43,594 nucleotides of DNA from Candidatus Woesearchaeota archaeon (GCA_003695435.1 RFJL01000011.1:1-43594), one strand, 5' to 3'; positions 1 through 9,806 are shown, counted from the stretch's first letter. Made by a program: numbers and translations. The notes: generated by a model from the letters alone, not told the origin.

Positions 1-327
1 CATTTCAACAAAATCAGAAGCATCATAGCTTGCACTCACTCCACCCGTGCGGTAATCAACCTTACTTGCAATGGTCCCTCCAAAGGAGAGTATTGAAACG
101 GTAGGAAGAGACGAGTTTGGTTGAAGAGGTTTTTTCTGCTTTGAAACGGGTACGTAGGATTCAAGCACTTCATGGCTTTGGATCTTTGATCTGTCAATGC
201 CGATGTTATACCCGTTTTCAAGTTTGAGGACAAAGATGTTTGGATCAAGAAGTTCTGGACGCGGAAGGTAAATTCCCACAAGCTCTTCATCATCTACAAG
301 TATCCTTACTTTATCACCTGGCTTCAT
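1..327 (-). CDS. gatD: Glu-tRNA(Gln) amidotransferase subunit D (GatD), N-terminal 109 codons; gene continues past the left window edge
   Basis: Not in the ORF track because it is open to the edge. Reverse translation from ATG at 325-327 gives MKPGDKVRILVDDEELVGIYLPRPELLDPNIFVLKLENGYNIGIDRSKIQ...LPTVSILSFGGTIASKVDYRTGGVSASYDASDFVEM with no stop. This matches the GatD N-domain followed by the asparaginase-like GGTIAS..DYRTG motif. ATGA start/stop overlap with the upstream ORF. Confidence 0.8.
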   Translation of the reverse strand, partial: MKPGDKVRILVDDEELVGIYLPRPELLDPNIFVLKLENGYNIGIDRSKIQSHEVLESYVPVSKQKKPLQPNSSLPTVSILSFGGTIASKVDYRTGGVSASYDASDFVEM

Positions 328-671
328 GATTTTGCACTTGCGTAAAAGTTATTGTTATTGTCAAGAACAATGAGTGTGAAGTTATCTCCTTTTTTCGCAT
401 CAAGCGGAATTACAATTTGATCTTCTACCAAGACAGGAGGTGGCGTGCTCACATCACATGCGTCACATTGTATTGCGAAACTAAACATGGTAGGTGTATC
501 AAATGCGTTACGCACATAGGCATTATAACCCCCATCAACTACTTCAAGTTCTAAAAGTTTTTTCGGGACATCTTTTTGTATTTGTGATGCGTCCTGCTTA
601 GAAACAATGGTTTGAGAGCATCCAAGAAGTATGAAAACGAGTAAGAGAAGAAGCATACTTGTTTTTTTCAT
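324..671 (-). CDS. small secreted/lipoprotein-like hypothetical protein
   Basis: From the internal ATG at 671: MKKTSMLLLLLVFILLGCSQ..., a signal peptide with a lipobox-like LLGC. Its stop overlaps the gatD start (ATGA). No recognisable catalytic motif. Confidence 0.5.
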   Translation of the reverse strand: MKKTSMLLLLLVFILLGCSQTIVSKQDASQIQKDVPKKLLELEVVDGGYNAYVRNAFDTPTMFSFAIQCDACDVSTPPPVLVEDQIVIPLDAKKGDNFTLIVLDNNNNFYASAKS

Positions 672-822
672 AGTGCTAACACCTCTTCTGCGCATTTATA
701 AAGATTTGGTAATGTATTTATAGGTGTGTGTAGCGTTGCTTAAATTAATGAAAACGATTGCAAAACCACGCGCACGCTCATAAGGGCGATTGATTCTTTA
801 TGTTTTGCTAGAGGTCTTTATA

Positions 823-1761
823 ATGTATGTCAAGGATATAAAATGGGAAAAAGGAATGCGTGTCACTGATCTTGTAACGCAAATGGGAGCAGCAGGTTTT
901 CAAGGAACAGAACTTGATCGCTGCGCAACAGCAATAGCGAAGATGAAAAAGGAAGGTGCAAAAATCTTCTTAACCTTCACATCAAACATGGTGACCTCTG
1001 GATTAAGAGGACTGTTTTCCCAAATGATTCAACTGGAAATGGCGCATGCAATAGTCACAACAGTGGGAGCAATAGAAGAGGATATTATGCGTGCAAGTGG
1101 AGAAGAGTTCATACTAGGACAGTTTCATTCTGATGATGTTGAACTTTACGAGAAAGGGCTTAACCGTGTAGGAAACCTGATGATTGCAAATGAGTCTTAC
1201 GCACGATTTGAGGATATGATAAGTCCTCTTCTTAGAATGCTCTACGAGAAAAAACCTCGCTGGGCAGTATCTGAAATGTTAAAAGAAATCGGCCTTACTC
1301 TCCAAGATGAGGGATCAATAATCTTCCAAGCAGCAAAGCACGATGTCCCTGTGTTTTGTCCTGGAATTACCGACGGCGCTTTCGGGTTCCATCTCTACAT
1401 GTTCCAACAAAAACATCCTGATTTTGTTGTTGATGTTGTTAAGGATTTCAAAAATATCATTCACTGCACAAGTTACGACGACAAAAAGGGAATTATCGCA
1501 CTCGGAGGCTCTATTTCAAAGCACCATGCAATTCTTGCAACACTTCTCAACGGAGGTCTTGACTACGCAGTATACATGACAACGGCAAGATCTTCAAGCG
1601 GATCGATGAGTGGTGCTACAACTCAAGAGGCAAAAAGTTGGGGAAAGATTAAAGATGATAGTGATGCTGCGATGGTTATTGGCGATGTATCAATAACATT
1701 TCCTCTAGCGCTTACAAAGGCACTTGATCAACTAAGTGAGGAAGGAATTATCAATGGCTAG
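823..1761 (+). CDS. dys: deoxyhypusine synthase
   Basis: FTSNMVTSGLRG, GGSISKHH and TTQEAKSWGKIK (catalytic Lys region) motifs. The ATG at 823 is preferred over the TTG at 790. Confidence 0.9.
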   Translation: MYVKDIKWEKGMRVTDLVTQMGAAGFQGTELDRCATAIAKMKKEGAKIFLTFTSNMVTSGLRGLFSQMIQLEMAHAIVTTVGAIEEDIMRASGEEFILGQFHSDDVELYEKGLNRVGNLMIANESYARFEDMISPLLRMLYEKKPRWAVSEMLKEIGLTLQDEGSIIFQAAKHDVPVFCPGITDGAFGFHLYMFQQKHPDFVVDVVKDFKNIIHCTSYDDKKGIIALGGSISKHHAILATLLNGGLDYAVYMTTARSSSGSMSGATTQEAKSWGKIKDDSDAAMVIGDVSITFPLALTKALDQLSEEGIING

Positions 1762-2776
1762 GTTTATTGTTAATCGTAACGTACTCAAAGAACAATATCA
1801 AAGCCTCGTTGATCTTGGCTTTCTCACAGCATACTCTGTAAAGACCAATCCTGACGTAGTTCCTTTTCTTGAAGAGGACACGAACTGTCTTTTTAGTATT
1901 GTTGCAGGAGAGAGTGCAGATCATGTCAAGGATAAAAGCCGTTTGTGGTTTATTGCTCAGGCATGGGATGGGCAAGAAATTCTTGAACTTCTTGAAAGAG
2001 GCATTACAAAATTCGTAGTGGATAATGAATGCGATCTCTTAACACTCAAAAAAGCACTTGTGAAAACAGAGCAGAGCATTGACTTACAACTGCGCATGAA
2101 GATCAGGGAGCATACGATCTACACAGGAAAGCACTATGTGTTTGGAATGTCTTCAGAGATGATTAATGAGGAGATTGCACAGCTCAAGAACCATCCAAAA
2201 ATAAACTCTCTTGGTGTTCACTTCTATCGCAAGACGCAAAACGTCTCGGAGTGGAATTTTATTGACGAGCTTGAACGAGCACTTACCAAAGAGACACTTA
2301 AGACCATTGACAGCCTAAATATTGGGGGAGGATTACCTGTTAAATACGCGAATTCGAATATTGATGTTCTCCCTTCCATCTTTGAGAAGCTCAAAGCATT
2401 GGTTATGTGGTGCAAAGAGCAAAATATTACGCCGATGATGGAGCCAGGACGGTACATCGTAGCACCTGCTGTGAAGCTTGAAGCCAAGATCATAGCAAAG
2501 TATGAGAACACATTAATCCTTGATTGCTCTATTTTCAACGGAGCACTTGACACAGCTCTTCTCGGATTACGCCTGCTTGTAGAAGGAGAGGGCGAAGGAG
2601 AAGAGTATCTGATCAAAGGAAGAACGCCCGATTCAACAGATATCTTCAGGTACAAGGTCAAGCTTCCCCGAAAAGAAGTAGGGGACACTATTGTGTTCCT
2701 CAATGCAGGAGCGTATACGTTCACGACTGATTTTTGCGGCCTTAAGAAGATTACATTAGAAACTCAAACCCCTTAA
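1754..2776 (+). CDS. PLP-dependent decarboxylase, Orn/DAP/Arg decarboxylase family (fold type III), short form
   Basis: AYSVKTNP (PLP lysine motif), LNIGGGLPV, EPGRYIVAPA and GAYTFT motifs. ATG at 1754 overlaps the dys stop by 8 nt (ATCAATGGCTAG). The usual GPxC(D/E)SxD is GRTPDSTD here, so the Cys is absent. Confidence 0.75.
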   Translation: MARFIVNRNVLKEQYQSLVDLGFLTAYSVKTNPDVVPFLEEDTNCLFSIVAGESADHVKDKSRLWFIAQAWDGQEILELLERGITKFVVDNECDLLTLKKALVKTEQSIDLQLRMKIREHTIYTGKHYVFGMSSEMINEEIAQLKNHPKINSLGVHFYRKTQNVSEWNFIDELERALTKETLKTIDSLNIGGGLPVKYANSNIDVLPSIFEKLKALVMWCKEQNITPMMEPGRYIVAPAVKLEAKIIAKYENTLILDCSIFNGALDTALLGLRLLVEGEGEGEEYLIKGRTPDSTDIFRYKVKLPRKEVGDTIVFLNAGAYTFTTDFCGLKKITLETQTP

Positions 2777-2830
2777 TCAAGAAAATATTCTTGTGTGCAA
2801 TAGGCGTAATAGCGTTTATAGGCGGATTAC

Positions 2831-5110
2831 TCAACCAAAGTAATCAACTTTCTTCTTCTTAATTTCTTCTGCGCGTTGAGCTCTAAAATGGGCTTCAAGA
2901 GACTTGTAGACTTCCTCAATTTCTTTGGAAACTGATGGGCGTACGACTTTAAAGGCATCTTCAAAATCATCTAAACTAACTTCCTTAGCGTCCATATTCT
3001 TACGCAAAGCATGCAGAGCAGCTTCTCTGCAAAGGGCTTCAATATCTGCGCCGACATATCCTTCTGCCTTTGCTGCAAGCTCTTTGATATTAACATCTTG
3101 TGCCAAGGGCATTTTTGCAGTGTGCACTTTGAAGATTTTCTCTCTTGCTTCCACGTCTGGAACAGGCGCCATCAAGACGCGATCAAATCGTCCAGGCCTA
3201 AGAAGAGCAGAATCTACAATATCAGGTCTGTTAGTAGCCCCAATGATAACAACATCATGCATTTCTTCAAGACCGTCAATTTCGGTAAGAAGTTGGTTTA
3301 CAACGCGATCAGTAACATTGGAGTCACCACCCCCGCCACCACGTTTAGGGGCAAGGCTATCAATCTCATCAAAGAAGATAATGGTGGGACTTACCTGGCG
3401 TGCTTTTTCAAAGACCTTGCGAATACCTCGTTCAGACTCTCCAACCCATTTAGAGAGAAGCTCGGGACCCTTAACGGAGATGAAATTCGCATCACTCTCG
3501 TTAGCAACTGCTTTTGCAAGCATAGTTTTTCCTGTTCCTGGAGGGCCGTAGAGAAGAATTCCTTTAGGCGGTCTCACCCCTAGACGAGAAAATGCTTCTG
3601 GCTGTTTAAGAGGCCATTCAACAGCCTCTTTGAGTTTTTGTTTAATATCGTCAAGACCGCCAATATCATCCCAAGTAGTGGTGGGAACGGTGATAAGTAC
3701 CTCTCGAAGGGCAGAGGGCCGCACTACTTTAAGCGCTTCAATAAAATCGTCTTGGGTGATGCGGAGTTTATCAAGGAGTTCAACAGGAATGGGGTCGTCT
3801 TTGTCAAGATGGAGGTCGGGAAGGACGCGTCTAAGAACAATCATTGCAGCTTCTTTTGCAAGCGCTGCTATATCAGCTCCAACAAAACCATAGGTTACTT
3901 CCGCAAGTTTATCAAGGTCAACCTCTTTTGCAAGAGGCATACCTCTTGTGTGAATTTTAAGAATGTTAAGTCGTCCGTCTTTGTTAGGAACACCTATTTC
4001 AATTTCTCTATCAAAGCGTCCAGGTCTTCTGAGGGCGGGATCAAGAGCATTGGGAATATTTGTTGCAGCTATAACAACAACCTTTCCTCGAGAGTTAAGA
4101 CCGTCCATAAGTGCGAGAAGTTGTGCAACAACTCTTCTTTCAACTTCTCCTTTGGTATCTTCTCTTTTGGTTGCAATTGCATCAATCTCATCGATAAAAA
4201 TGATGGAAGGTGCATTTTTTTCTGCTTCTTCAAAGATTTTACGCAGGTTTTCTTCTGATTGTCCATAATACTTGGACATAATCTCAGGACCGTTAATAAC
4301 GGTAAAGTTAGAGTTCGTCTCGGAGGCAACTGCACGCGCGAGAAGTGTTTTTCCTGTTCCTGGAGGTCCATGAAGAAGGACTCCTTTTGGAGGTTCAATG
4401 CCAAGGCGCTCAAAGATTTCAGGATGTTTGAGAGGGATTTCAACCATTTCCCTTATCTTTTTGATCTCTTCTTTGAGCCCTCCAATATCTTCATAAGTAA
4501 CATCTGGAATAACTTTACTCTCCTCAACTTCTTCAATAGGTTCGTTTTTGTAAATGACTTCTGTTTCCTGAGTGATAAGTACGGGACCTTTCGGATCTGT
4601 TTTTGCTACGATAAGTTTGATGTCTCCTAGGTTGAATCCCATCATGCTCTCATCAAGCATGGAGAAAATGTCTTCAACGGGGGACTGGCTCATGATGTTG
4701 CGGCGTCTTCGTGTTCCTCCAAGGGCGAGAATATCTCCAAGAACTACTGCTCGTCCAAGAAGACCTCTTTTGAAGAGTTCAGGGGGAGCTCGAATAAAGA
4801 TTCCGTGACGCGCAGGAACAATCGTCACTTTTTTTGCAGCACTCACAGATGCCTTGCGTACTTTAATAATCTCGCCGATTCCTGTCTTCGCATTTCTTCG
4901 CAGAATGCCGTCCATTCGGATGATGTTAAGGCCAAGGTCTCCAGGATATGCGCGATCAACAATACCCACTGTTTTACGTCCTCCTTCTAGCTCAACAATA
5001 TCTCCGGGACGTACAGAAATTTCTGCCATGAGATTGGCATCTATGCGAACAATGCCTTTATTAACATCATCTTGTACAGCTTCCGCGACTTTTAACTCAA
5101 GTTCTTTCAT
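2831..5110 (-). CDS. cdc48: CDC48/VCP-type AAA+ ATPase (two AAA domains)
   Basis: N-terminal CDC48 N-domain-like region. Two Walker A motifs GPPGTGKT, two Walker B motifs IIFIDEID / IIFFDEID, second-region-of-homology motifs. 759 aa. Confidence 0.95.
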   Translation of the reverse strand: MKELELKVAEAVQDDVNKGIVRIDANLMAEISVRPGDIVELEGGRKTVGIVDRAYPGDLGLNIIRMDGILRRNAKTGIGEIIKVRKASVSAAKKVTIVPARHGIFIRAPPELFKRGLLGRAVVLGDILALGGTRRRRNIMSQSPVEDIFSMLDESMMGFNLGDIKLIVAKTDPKGPVLITQETEVIYKNEPIEEVEESKVIPDVTYEDIGGLKEEIKKIREMVEIPLKHPEIFERLGIEPPKGVLLHGPPGTGKTLLARAVASETNSNFTVINGPEIMSKYYGQSEENLRKIFEEAEKNAPSIIFIDEIDAIATKREDTKGEVERRVVAQLLALMDGLNSRGKVVVIAATNIPNALDPALRRPGRFDREIEIGVPNKDGRLNILKIHTRGMPLAKEVDLDKLAEVTYGFVGADIAALAKEAAMIVLRRVLPDLHLDKDDPIPVELLDKLRITQDDFIEALKVVRPSALREVLITVPTTTWDDIGGLDDIKQKLKEAVEWPLKQPEAFSRLGVRPPKGILLYGPPGTGKTMLAKAVANESDANFISVKGPELLSKWVGESERGIRKVFEKARQVSPTIIFFDEIDSLAPKRGGGGGDSNVTDRVVNQLLTEIDGLEEMHDVVIIGATNRPDIVDSALLRPGRFDRVLMAPVPDVEAREKIFKVHTAKMPLAQDVNIKELAAKAEGYVGADIEALCREAALHALRKNMDAKEVSLDDFEDAFKVVRPSVSKEIEEVYKSLEAHFRAQRAEEIKKKKVDYFG

Positions 5111-5141
5111 TCTAAGAGGGTAAAAAGATGAGGTCCTATAT

Positions 5142-5546
5142 CTACTTTACTTTGATGCGTTGGAGCTGAATTGGGGGAGGAAGCCCTACTGCATCGGAAA
5201 GAATCGCAGATTGTATGCTGCTTTTCTCAATTACCTTGTTTGCAACGAGTTCAAAAATCTGTTTTTGGAGTTTCTTTTCCTTTTTCCACTTCTCCAAAAT
5301 TTCTTTTACTTTGGCCTCATCTCCAAGGTAAAGAATACGTCCTTTGAGCTTGATATGTCCAAGGTTAGAATACGTTGTTTCTTGTTTGAAAAGGAATTGA
5401 CAACCCTGCTGTGTTGTTGAGCCCACGCTGAGTGCATAAGGCTCTACGCCATCTATGGAGATATTACTCTTAATACTTACCTTTCCTTTTGGTTTTAGTT
5501 CTCTGTGAACATCAATGTCGGTAAACGTAAAGTTAACGATGGTCAT
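5142..5546 (-). CDS. hypothetical protein (possible SecB-like chaperone fold), co-oriented 31 nt upstream of cdc48
   Basis: Intact 134-aa ORF. The overall pattern (N-terminal [11 protein letters not shown] strand, C-terminal ...[21 protein letters not shown]) loosely resembles SecB (..SMVSRGTFPQLNLAPVNF). The fold assignment is weak. Confidence 0.5.
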   Translation of the reverse strand: MTIVNFTFTDIDVHRELKPKGKVSIKSNISIDGVEPYALSVGSTTQQGCQFLFKQETTYSNLGHIKLKGRILYLGDEAKVKEILEKWKKEKKLQKQIFELVANKVIEKSSIQSAILSDAVGLPPPIQLQRIKVK

Positions 5547-5621
5547 ACTTGCTCTCTCCTATGACTTGATATTTAAAGTTTGTGCCATACCTTTAAAAGG
5601 ACGATTTTGTGTTTTTGTGGT

Positions 5622-6377
5622 ATGTATGTTGATGTTCATGCTCATTTAGATGTAGAAGAATTCCGGGAAGATCTTCCTGAAGTCATTCAGCGAGCAGAAG
5701 ATGCTGGCGTTCGCCTTATTGTTGCAAATGGAACAAATGTTAAGAGTAATCGCGCAGTTCTTCATCTTGCAAGGAAATATACAGTCATTAGGGCAGCTCT
5801 TGGTTTTTATCCTCTTGAAATTGTAAAGTCTTCTGTTCAAGAAATTGAAGAAGAGCTCGAGTTTATCAAAAAACACAAAGATGACATCGTTGCGATTGGA
5901 GAAGTGGGGTTGGATCTTTACTGGGATAAATCTCCTACAAATTTTGAAAAACAAAAGACGTTTTTCATTAAAATTATTGAATTGGCAAATAAGATTCAAA
6001 AGCCAATCATTGTTCATTCAAGAAAAGCTGAGCTAGAAACTATTGAAATTCTTGAGGAACACTCTGCATGTCCGGTTATTCTACATTCATACGGTGGAAA
6101 GCACAAATATGTTGATCGTTGCGTTGAACGCGGGTGGTATTTTACCGTTGCAGCAAATATTGAGAGGTCAGAGTCGTTGCAGGGATTAGTACAAAGAGTC
6201 CCAAGTGATCTTTTGCTTACAGAAACAGATTGTCCGTATCTCGCGCCCGTAAAAGGTGAGCGCTCAGAGCCAAAAGATGTAGTCCTAGCGGCAAGAAAAA
6301 TAGCGCAGATTAAAGGAGTAGAAGAAGTAGAGATGAGGAATATTCTTTTCATGAATGCTCAACGCTTGTTCTATTAA
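5622..6377 (+). CDS. tatD: TatD-family metal-dependent hydrolase/DNase
   Basis: MYVDVHAHLD start motif, GEVGLD, IVHSR and TETDCPYL motifs. TTTAAAA box about 24 nt upstream of the ATG at 5622. Confidence 0.9.
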   Translation: MYVDVHAHLDVEEFREDLPEVIQRAEDAGVRLIVANGTNVKSNRAVLHLARKYTVIRAALGFYPLEIVKSSVQEIEEELEFIKKHKDDIVAIGEVGLDLYWDKSPTNFEKQKTFFIKIIELANKIQKPIIVHSRKAELETIEILEEHSACPVILHSYGGKHKYVDRCVERGWYFTVAANIERSESLQGLVQRVPSDLLLTETDCPYLAPVKGERSEPKDVVLAARKIAQIKGVEEVEMRNILFMNAQRLFY

Positions 6378-6508
6378 GCCTTGAAAACTCTGTTTTAAAT
6401 CGCTCAATTTTTCTCTCTTCTTCACGCGTATCTTGGTGCTCACTCACACAGCTTAGATTCTTACATTCGTACAATGATTTTAAATACCCAAAAAGATGAT
6501 TTTTTCGT

Positions 6509-7030
6509 ATGAAATTGGAGATTGACACGGAAAGAGACTCATTAGAGCATCTTGCTCATATCGCACAGATGCTACTTGCAATGGCAGGAAAAAAGCCGGA
6601 GCAAAATCAAGTCTATAGGAGAGAGTCTCGAAGACTGCGACCCCGTGACATTACAAGACAACAAGCAACATCAACAGCTCCAGTAAATCCTTCAGAGTAT
6701 CCCTCATCAGGGTCCCCATCATATTCTCAGATCCACACCCCCCAACAACAAGCCCTGCCTGTTCGCGACGACAATCAGCAACAACAGCAGGCGGCTTCCA
6801 CTCCTCTGCTTAACCTCTTCCAAGAAAACCCTCAACCTGCGCAACAACAAGTACAACAACAGCATTCAGCGCAACAACAATCACAGCAGCAATCAGCATA
6901 TCAATCCTCAACAGTGCAATCAACACAATCTATTTTTGATATGTTCGCACAACCTGAAGAAAAACAACACGAAAAACAGCAAGCAGAAGAAGATGCTTCC
7001 CTTGAGGGCATACAAATAATTCCTTATTAG
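6509..7030 (+). CDS. glutamine-rich low-complexity hypothetical protein
   Basis: 173-aa ORF with a TATA-like TTTTAAATA about 24 nt upstream. The central two thirds are Q/S/P-rich (QQQQQAAS..QQQVQQQHSAQQQSQQQSAYQ). No domain recognised. Confidence 0.5.
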   Translation: MKLEIDTERDSLEHLAHIAQMLLAMAGKKPEQNQVYRRESRRLRPRDITRQQATSTAPVNPSEYPSSGSPSYSQIHTPQQQALPVRDDNQQQQQAASTPLLNLFQENPQPAQQQVQQQHSAQQQSQQQSAYQSSTVQSTQSIFDMFAQPEEKQHEKQQAEEDASLEGIQIIPY

Positions 7031-7167
7031 TGGGCGTGTGGTGTTCTGATTGAAATTTTCCACGTATCTACGTTCGCTTGTTGGTATGCTTGCGATGTGG
7101 TTCTTCTCCGCATAGATGATTCTGCGTTTAGATAATATTTATATTGAGTAAATCCCGCAAGAAGCGT

Positions 7168-7587
7168 ATGCCTTACAAAATTCTGCCTCATACAGCCGAT
7201 TGGATGGTTGAAGCAACAGGTAACACGCTAGAAGAAGCATTTGCAGAAGCGGCAAGAGGTGCTTTTGAAGTAATTTGCCCACCTGACGAAGTAAGGAAGG
7301 CACAAAGCTTTCCGATTAAAGTGCAGGCAAAGCGTTTGATGTCCTTACTCTATGAATTTATAGAGGAGCTCATCGTCCTTACAGACACAGAGGGGTTCCT
7401 TCTTAACTCTTTGAGTGATATGAAGATTGTGCAAAATGAGGATGGTTTTACCCTCACTGCAATAGCATGGGGGGACCATTACAAAAACTATGATGTGAAA
7501 TCAGCGATCAAATCCATGACCTATTCCGATATGCTTATTAAAGAAGAGCAAGGAAAATATCGAGTAAGGATAACTGTTGATATATGA
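7168..7587 (+). CDS. archease (RtcB activator)
   Basis: MPYKILPHTADWMVEATGNTLEEAFAEAA is the canonical archease N-terminus. Lies immediately upstream of rtcB. TATA ATATTTATAT about 25 nt upstream of the ATG at 7168. Confidence 0.9.
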   Translation: MPYKILPHTADWMVEATGNTLEEAFAEAARGAFEVICPPDEVRKAQSFPIKVQAKRLMSLLYEFIEELIVLTDTEGFLLNSLSDMKIVQNEDGFTLTAIAWGDHYKNYDVKSAIKSMTYSDMLIKEEQGKYRVRITVDI

Positions 7588-7634
7588 ACAACAGGTGAAT
7601 AAACAAGTAAATTCAAACAACATACGAAAGGCAT

Positions 7635-9059
7635 ATGAAAATAAAAAAAATCTCGGATTCGCAAATTGAAATTGAAAAAGAAGGTGCAATGCGTGTGCCT
7701 GTAAGGGTGTTTACATCAGACGTTCTTTTTGAAAAACTCAAAGAGGATAAATCATTACAACAAGGAATCAACGTAGCAACCCTCCCAGGCATTCAAAAAG
7801 CATCGTACATTATGCCCGATGCACATATGGGCTATGGCTTTTCAATCGGTGGAGTCGCAGGTTTTGATGCGCAAGAAGGAATTATCTCCCCTGGAGGAAT
7901 TGGATTTGACATTAATTGCGGAGTGCGGGTTCTTGCAACAAATCTTACTGTTGAAGATGTTCGACCTAAAATGCATGAATTACTCACAGCGCTCTTCGAA
8001 GCAGTCCCCTCGGGAGTTGGCTCAGAATCAAAGTTTAAGCTTAGCAGGGAAGAGATGGATGAAGTATTGCTTAAAGGAGCGCGTTGGGCATTAGAAAGAG
8101 GATATGGCGAAGAAGAAGATCTCGAACTTACAGAAGAAGGTGGGTGTTTCCCAGATCCGGATCCTTCATTGGTTTCTCCTCGTGCAAAAAAAAGAGGAAA
8201 AGATCAACTAGGAACCTTGGGTTCAGGTAATCACTTCTTAGAAATTCAGTCTGTTGATGAGATTTATGATGAAGAAATAGCGCGTCGTTTTGGAATTACT
8301 AAGACGGGTCAAGTTGTTATTATGATTCATTGTGGATCGAGAGGTCTTGGACATCAGGTTTGTTCAGATTTCTTGCGTAAAATGGAAGAACAACAACCAG
8401 AACTTGCTGACAGCCTTCCTGATCGTGATCTCATGTACGCACCAGCACAGTCTCAAATAGCAAAAGACTACTTTAAAGCGATGCAAGCGGCTGCAAATTT
8501 TGCGTTTTGCAATAGGCAGATCATAGCACATCAGGTCAGAAAAACATTCAAAGAAGTATTTCCTGGTTGTGAAGTAAAACAAGTGTATGACATCGCGCAT
8601 AACATTGCAAAACTTGAAGAACATGATGTTGATGGTGTTAAAAAGCAATTGTATGTCCACAGAAAAGGAGCTACACGAGCGTTTGGTCCTGGAAGAAAAG
8701 AAATTCCTGAAAAGTACAGAGATATTGGACAACCAATTCTCATACCCGGTTCCATGGGAACCGCATCGTTTATTCTTGTAGGAACACAAAAAGCAATGGA
8801 GATCTCTATGGGCTCAACAGCACATGGGGCGGGGAGGGTTATGTCAAGATCACAAGCAAAAAGAGAATTTGACGCAAAACAAATCAAAGAAGAACTTGCA
8901 CAGAAAAACATTATGATTAAATCAGCGTCTATGCGGGGGATTACAGAAGAAGCCCCTCAAGTATACAAAGATGTTGATGAAGTTGTAAAGGTGTCGCATG
9001 AAGCAGGTATTGGGAAACTGGTAGTAAGAGTTGTTCCGCTTGGCGTAGTTAAGGGATAA
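7635..9059 (+). CDS. rtcB: RNA-splicing ligase RtcB (3'-phosphate/5'-hydroxyl RNA ligase)
   Basis: PDAHMGYGFSIGGV, GGIGFDINCG, GSGNHF, HCGSRGLGHQ, GSMGT and HGAGR motifs. 474 aa. Confidence 0.95.
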   Translation: MKIKKISDSQIEIEKEGAMRVPVRVFTSDVLFEKLKEDKSLQQGINVATLPGIQKASYIMPDAHMGYGFSIGGVAGFDAQEGIISPGGIGFDINCGVRVLATNLTVEDVRPKMHELLTALFEAVPSGVGSESKFKLSREEMDEVLLKGARWALERGYGEEEDLELTEEGGCFPDPDPSLVSPRAKKRGKDQLGTLGSGNHFLEIQSVDEIYDEEIARRFGITKTGQVVIMIHCGSRGLGHQVCSDFLRKMEEQQPELADSLPDRDLMYAPAQSQIAKDYFKAMQAAANFAFCNRQIIAHQVRKTFKEVFPGCEVKQVYDIAHNIAKLEEHDVDGVKKQLYVHRKGATRAFGPGRKEIPEKYRDIGQPILIPGSMGTASFILVGTQKAMEISMGSTAHGAGRVMSRSQAKREFDAKQIKEELAQKNIMIKSASMRGITEEAPQVYKDVDEVVKVSHEAGIGKLVVRVVPLGVVKG

Positions 9060-9112
9060 GCTGCATTATTTTTTCACAGAACTTAGAACGTTCTTTTTCA
9101 CTTCAGATGAAG

Positions 9113-9673
9113 TCATAACTCTTCCGAGAGGGAATCTTTGTGTTTGAAAGTCAGTTGAGTTGCGTCATACTCTCCTCGTTCTTCAAGGTGTTGTAGGAGT
9201 AAGCCTATGTTGAGAAGGTGAAATGGCCCTCGCTGTATGCGTAAATGTCCTTGTACTTGTGATGGTAAGGGTGTTGTTACCTGCCAACCCCTTGTGCGAT
9301 AAAAGTGAGCAATATGGTTTTGAGCAAGTCGTATTGCGAGATGGTGGCCCTCGAAATGAACAATTTCCGCGTCGGGAAGGGCCCCTTCATAGACGGTTCT
9401 TGGTTGGAGCTGGTAAAACGAAAAGAGCATGTCATGCTCTGTTTGACCAACTCTCTTGACAGGTTCCCTAAAAAGAATGCGTAAAACCATTTCTTGATCC
9501 TGCTTCAAACCTGATTTCATCTCAAACTCATTCTCTAAATACACGTAGGGGTGTTGAAAGGTGAATTGCTGGTAGAACTCTTCATTAAGTGAGCGATATG
9601 CGCGGTCTATGTGATAAACTGTTTTTCCATCATAGAGGTTACCTGGCGTCGATACTACAACAGCATCTCTCAT
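9113..9673 (-). CDS. hypothetical protein, compositionally atypical for this window
   Basis: Intact 186-aa ORF with a TATA-like TTTTATAC about 27 nt upstream of the ATG. R (13) and H (12) outnumber K (6), opposite to the K-rich neighbouring genes, and local GC is visibly higher. Contains RLAQNH (Rx4H), but no domain can be supported. Confidence 0.55.
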   Translation of the reverse strand: MRDAVVVSTPGNLYDGKTVYHIDRAYRSLNEEFYQQFTFQHPYVYLENEFEMKSGLKQDQEMVLRILFREPVKRVGQTEHDMLFSFYQLQPRTVYEGALPDAEIVHFEGHHLAIRLAQNHIAHFYRTRGWQVTTPLPSQVQGHLRIQRGPFHLLNIGLLLQHLEERGEYDATQLTFKHKDSLSEEL

Positions 9674-9724
9674 AAGACTGTTCAGAACAGAATACCTGTA
9701 TAAAAAAGTATGGGAGAAAAATTA

Positions 9725-9799
9725 AGATAAGCAAAACCTTGGCGTTGCGCTCGAGAGGGGGCAGCAAGAACGAGGCTTTAGCCGTGGTGTTGCTTATCT
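9725..9799. ncRNA. candidate structured RNA or large terminator hairpin (GC-rich 75-nt element closed by a perfect 10-bp stem)
   Basis: AGATAAGCAA (9725-9734) pairs perfectly with TTGCTTATCT (9790-9799). The interior is GC-rich (GGCGTTGCGCTCGAGAGGGGGCAGC...GGCTTTAGCC) with further pairings GUUGC/GCAGC and GGC-UUUA-GCC. On the minus strand it is followed by TAATTTTT. No tRNA, C/D or H/ACA signature found. Confidence 0.35.
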
Positions 9800-9806
9800 A
9801 TGAGTG

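Noticed and set aside
36-293. 85-aa minus-strand ORF from the track
   Set aside because: It is out of frame with, and fully inside, the much better supported gatD reading frame (1-327). Its composition is not protein-like.
2925-5123. Numerous 60-208-aa ORFs on the plus strand within cdc48, and similar nested ORFs inside smc, alaS, xpd, serS, the transglutaminase gene and others
   Set aside because: All lie inside, and antisense or out of frame to, long genes with strong family motifs. They have low-complexity or S/R/L-rich compositions.
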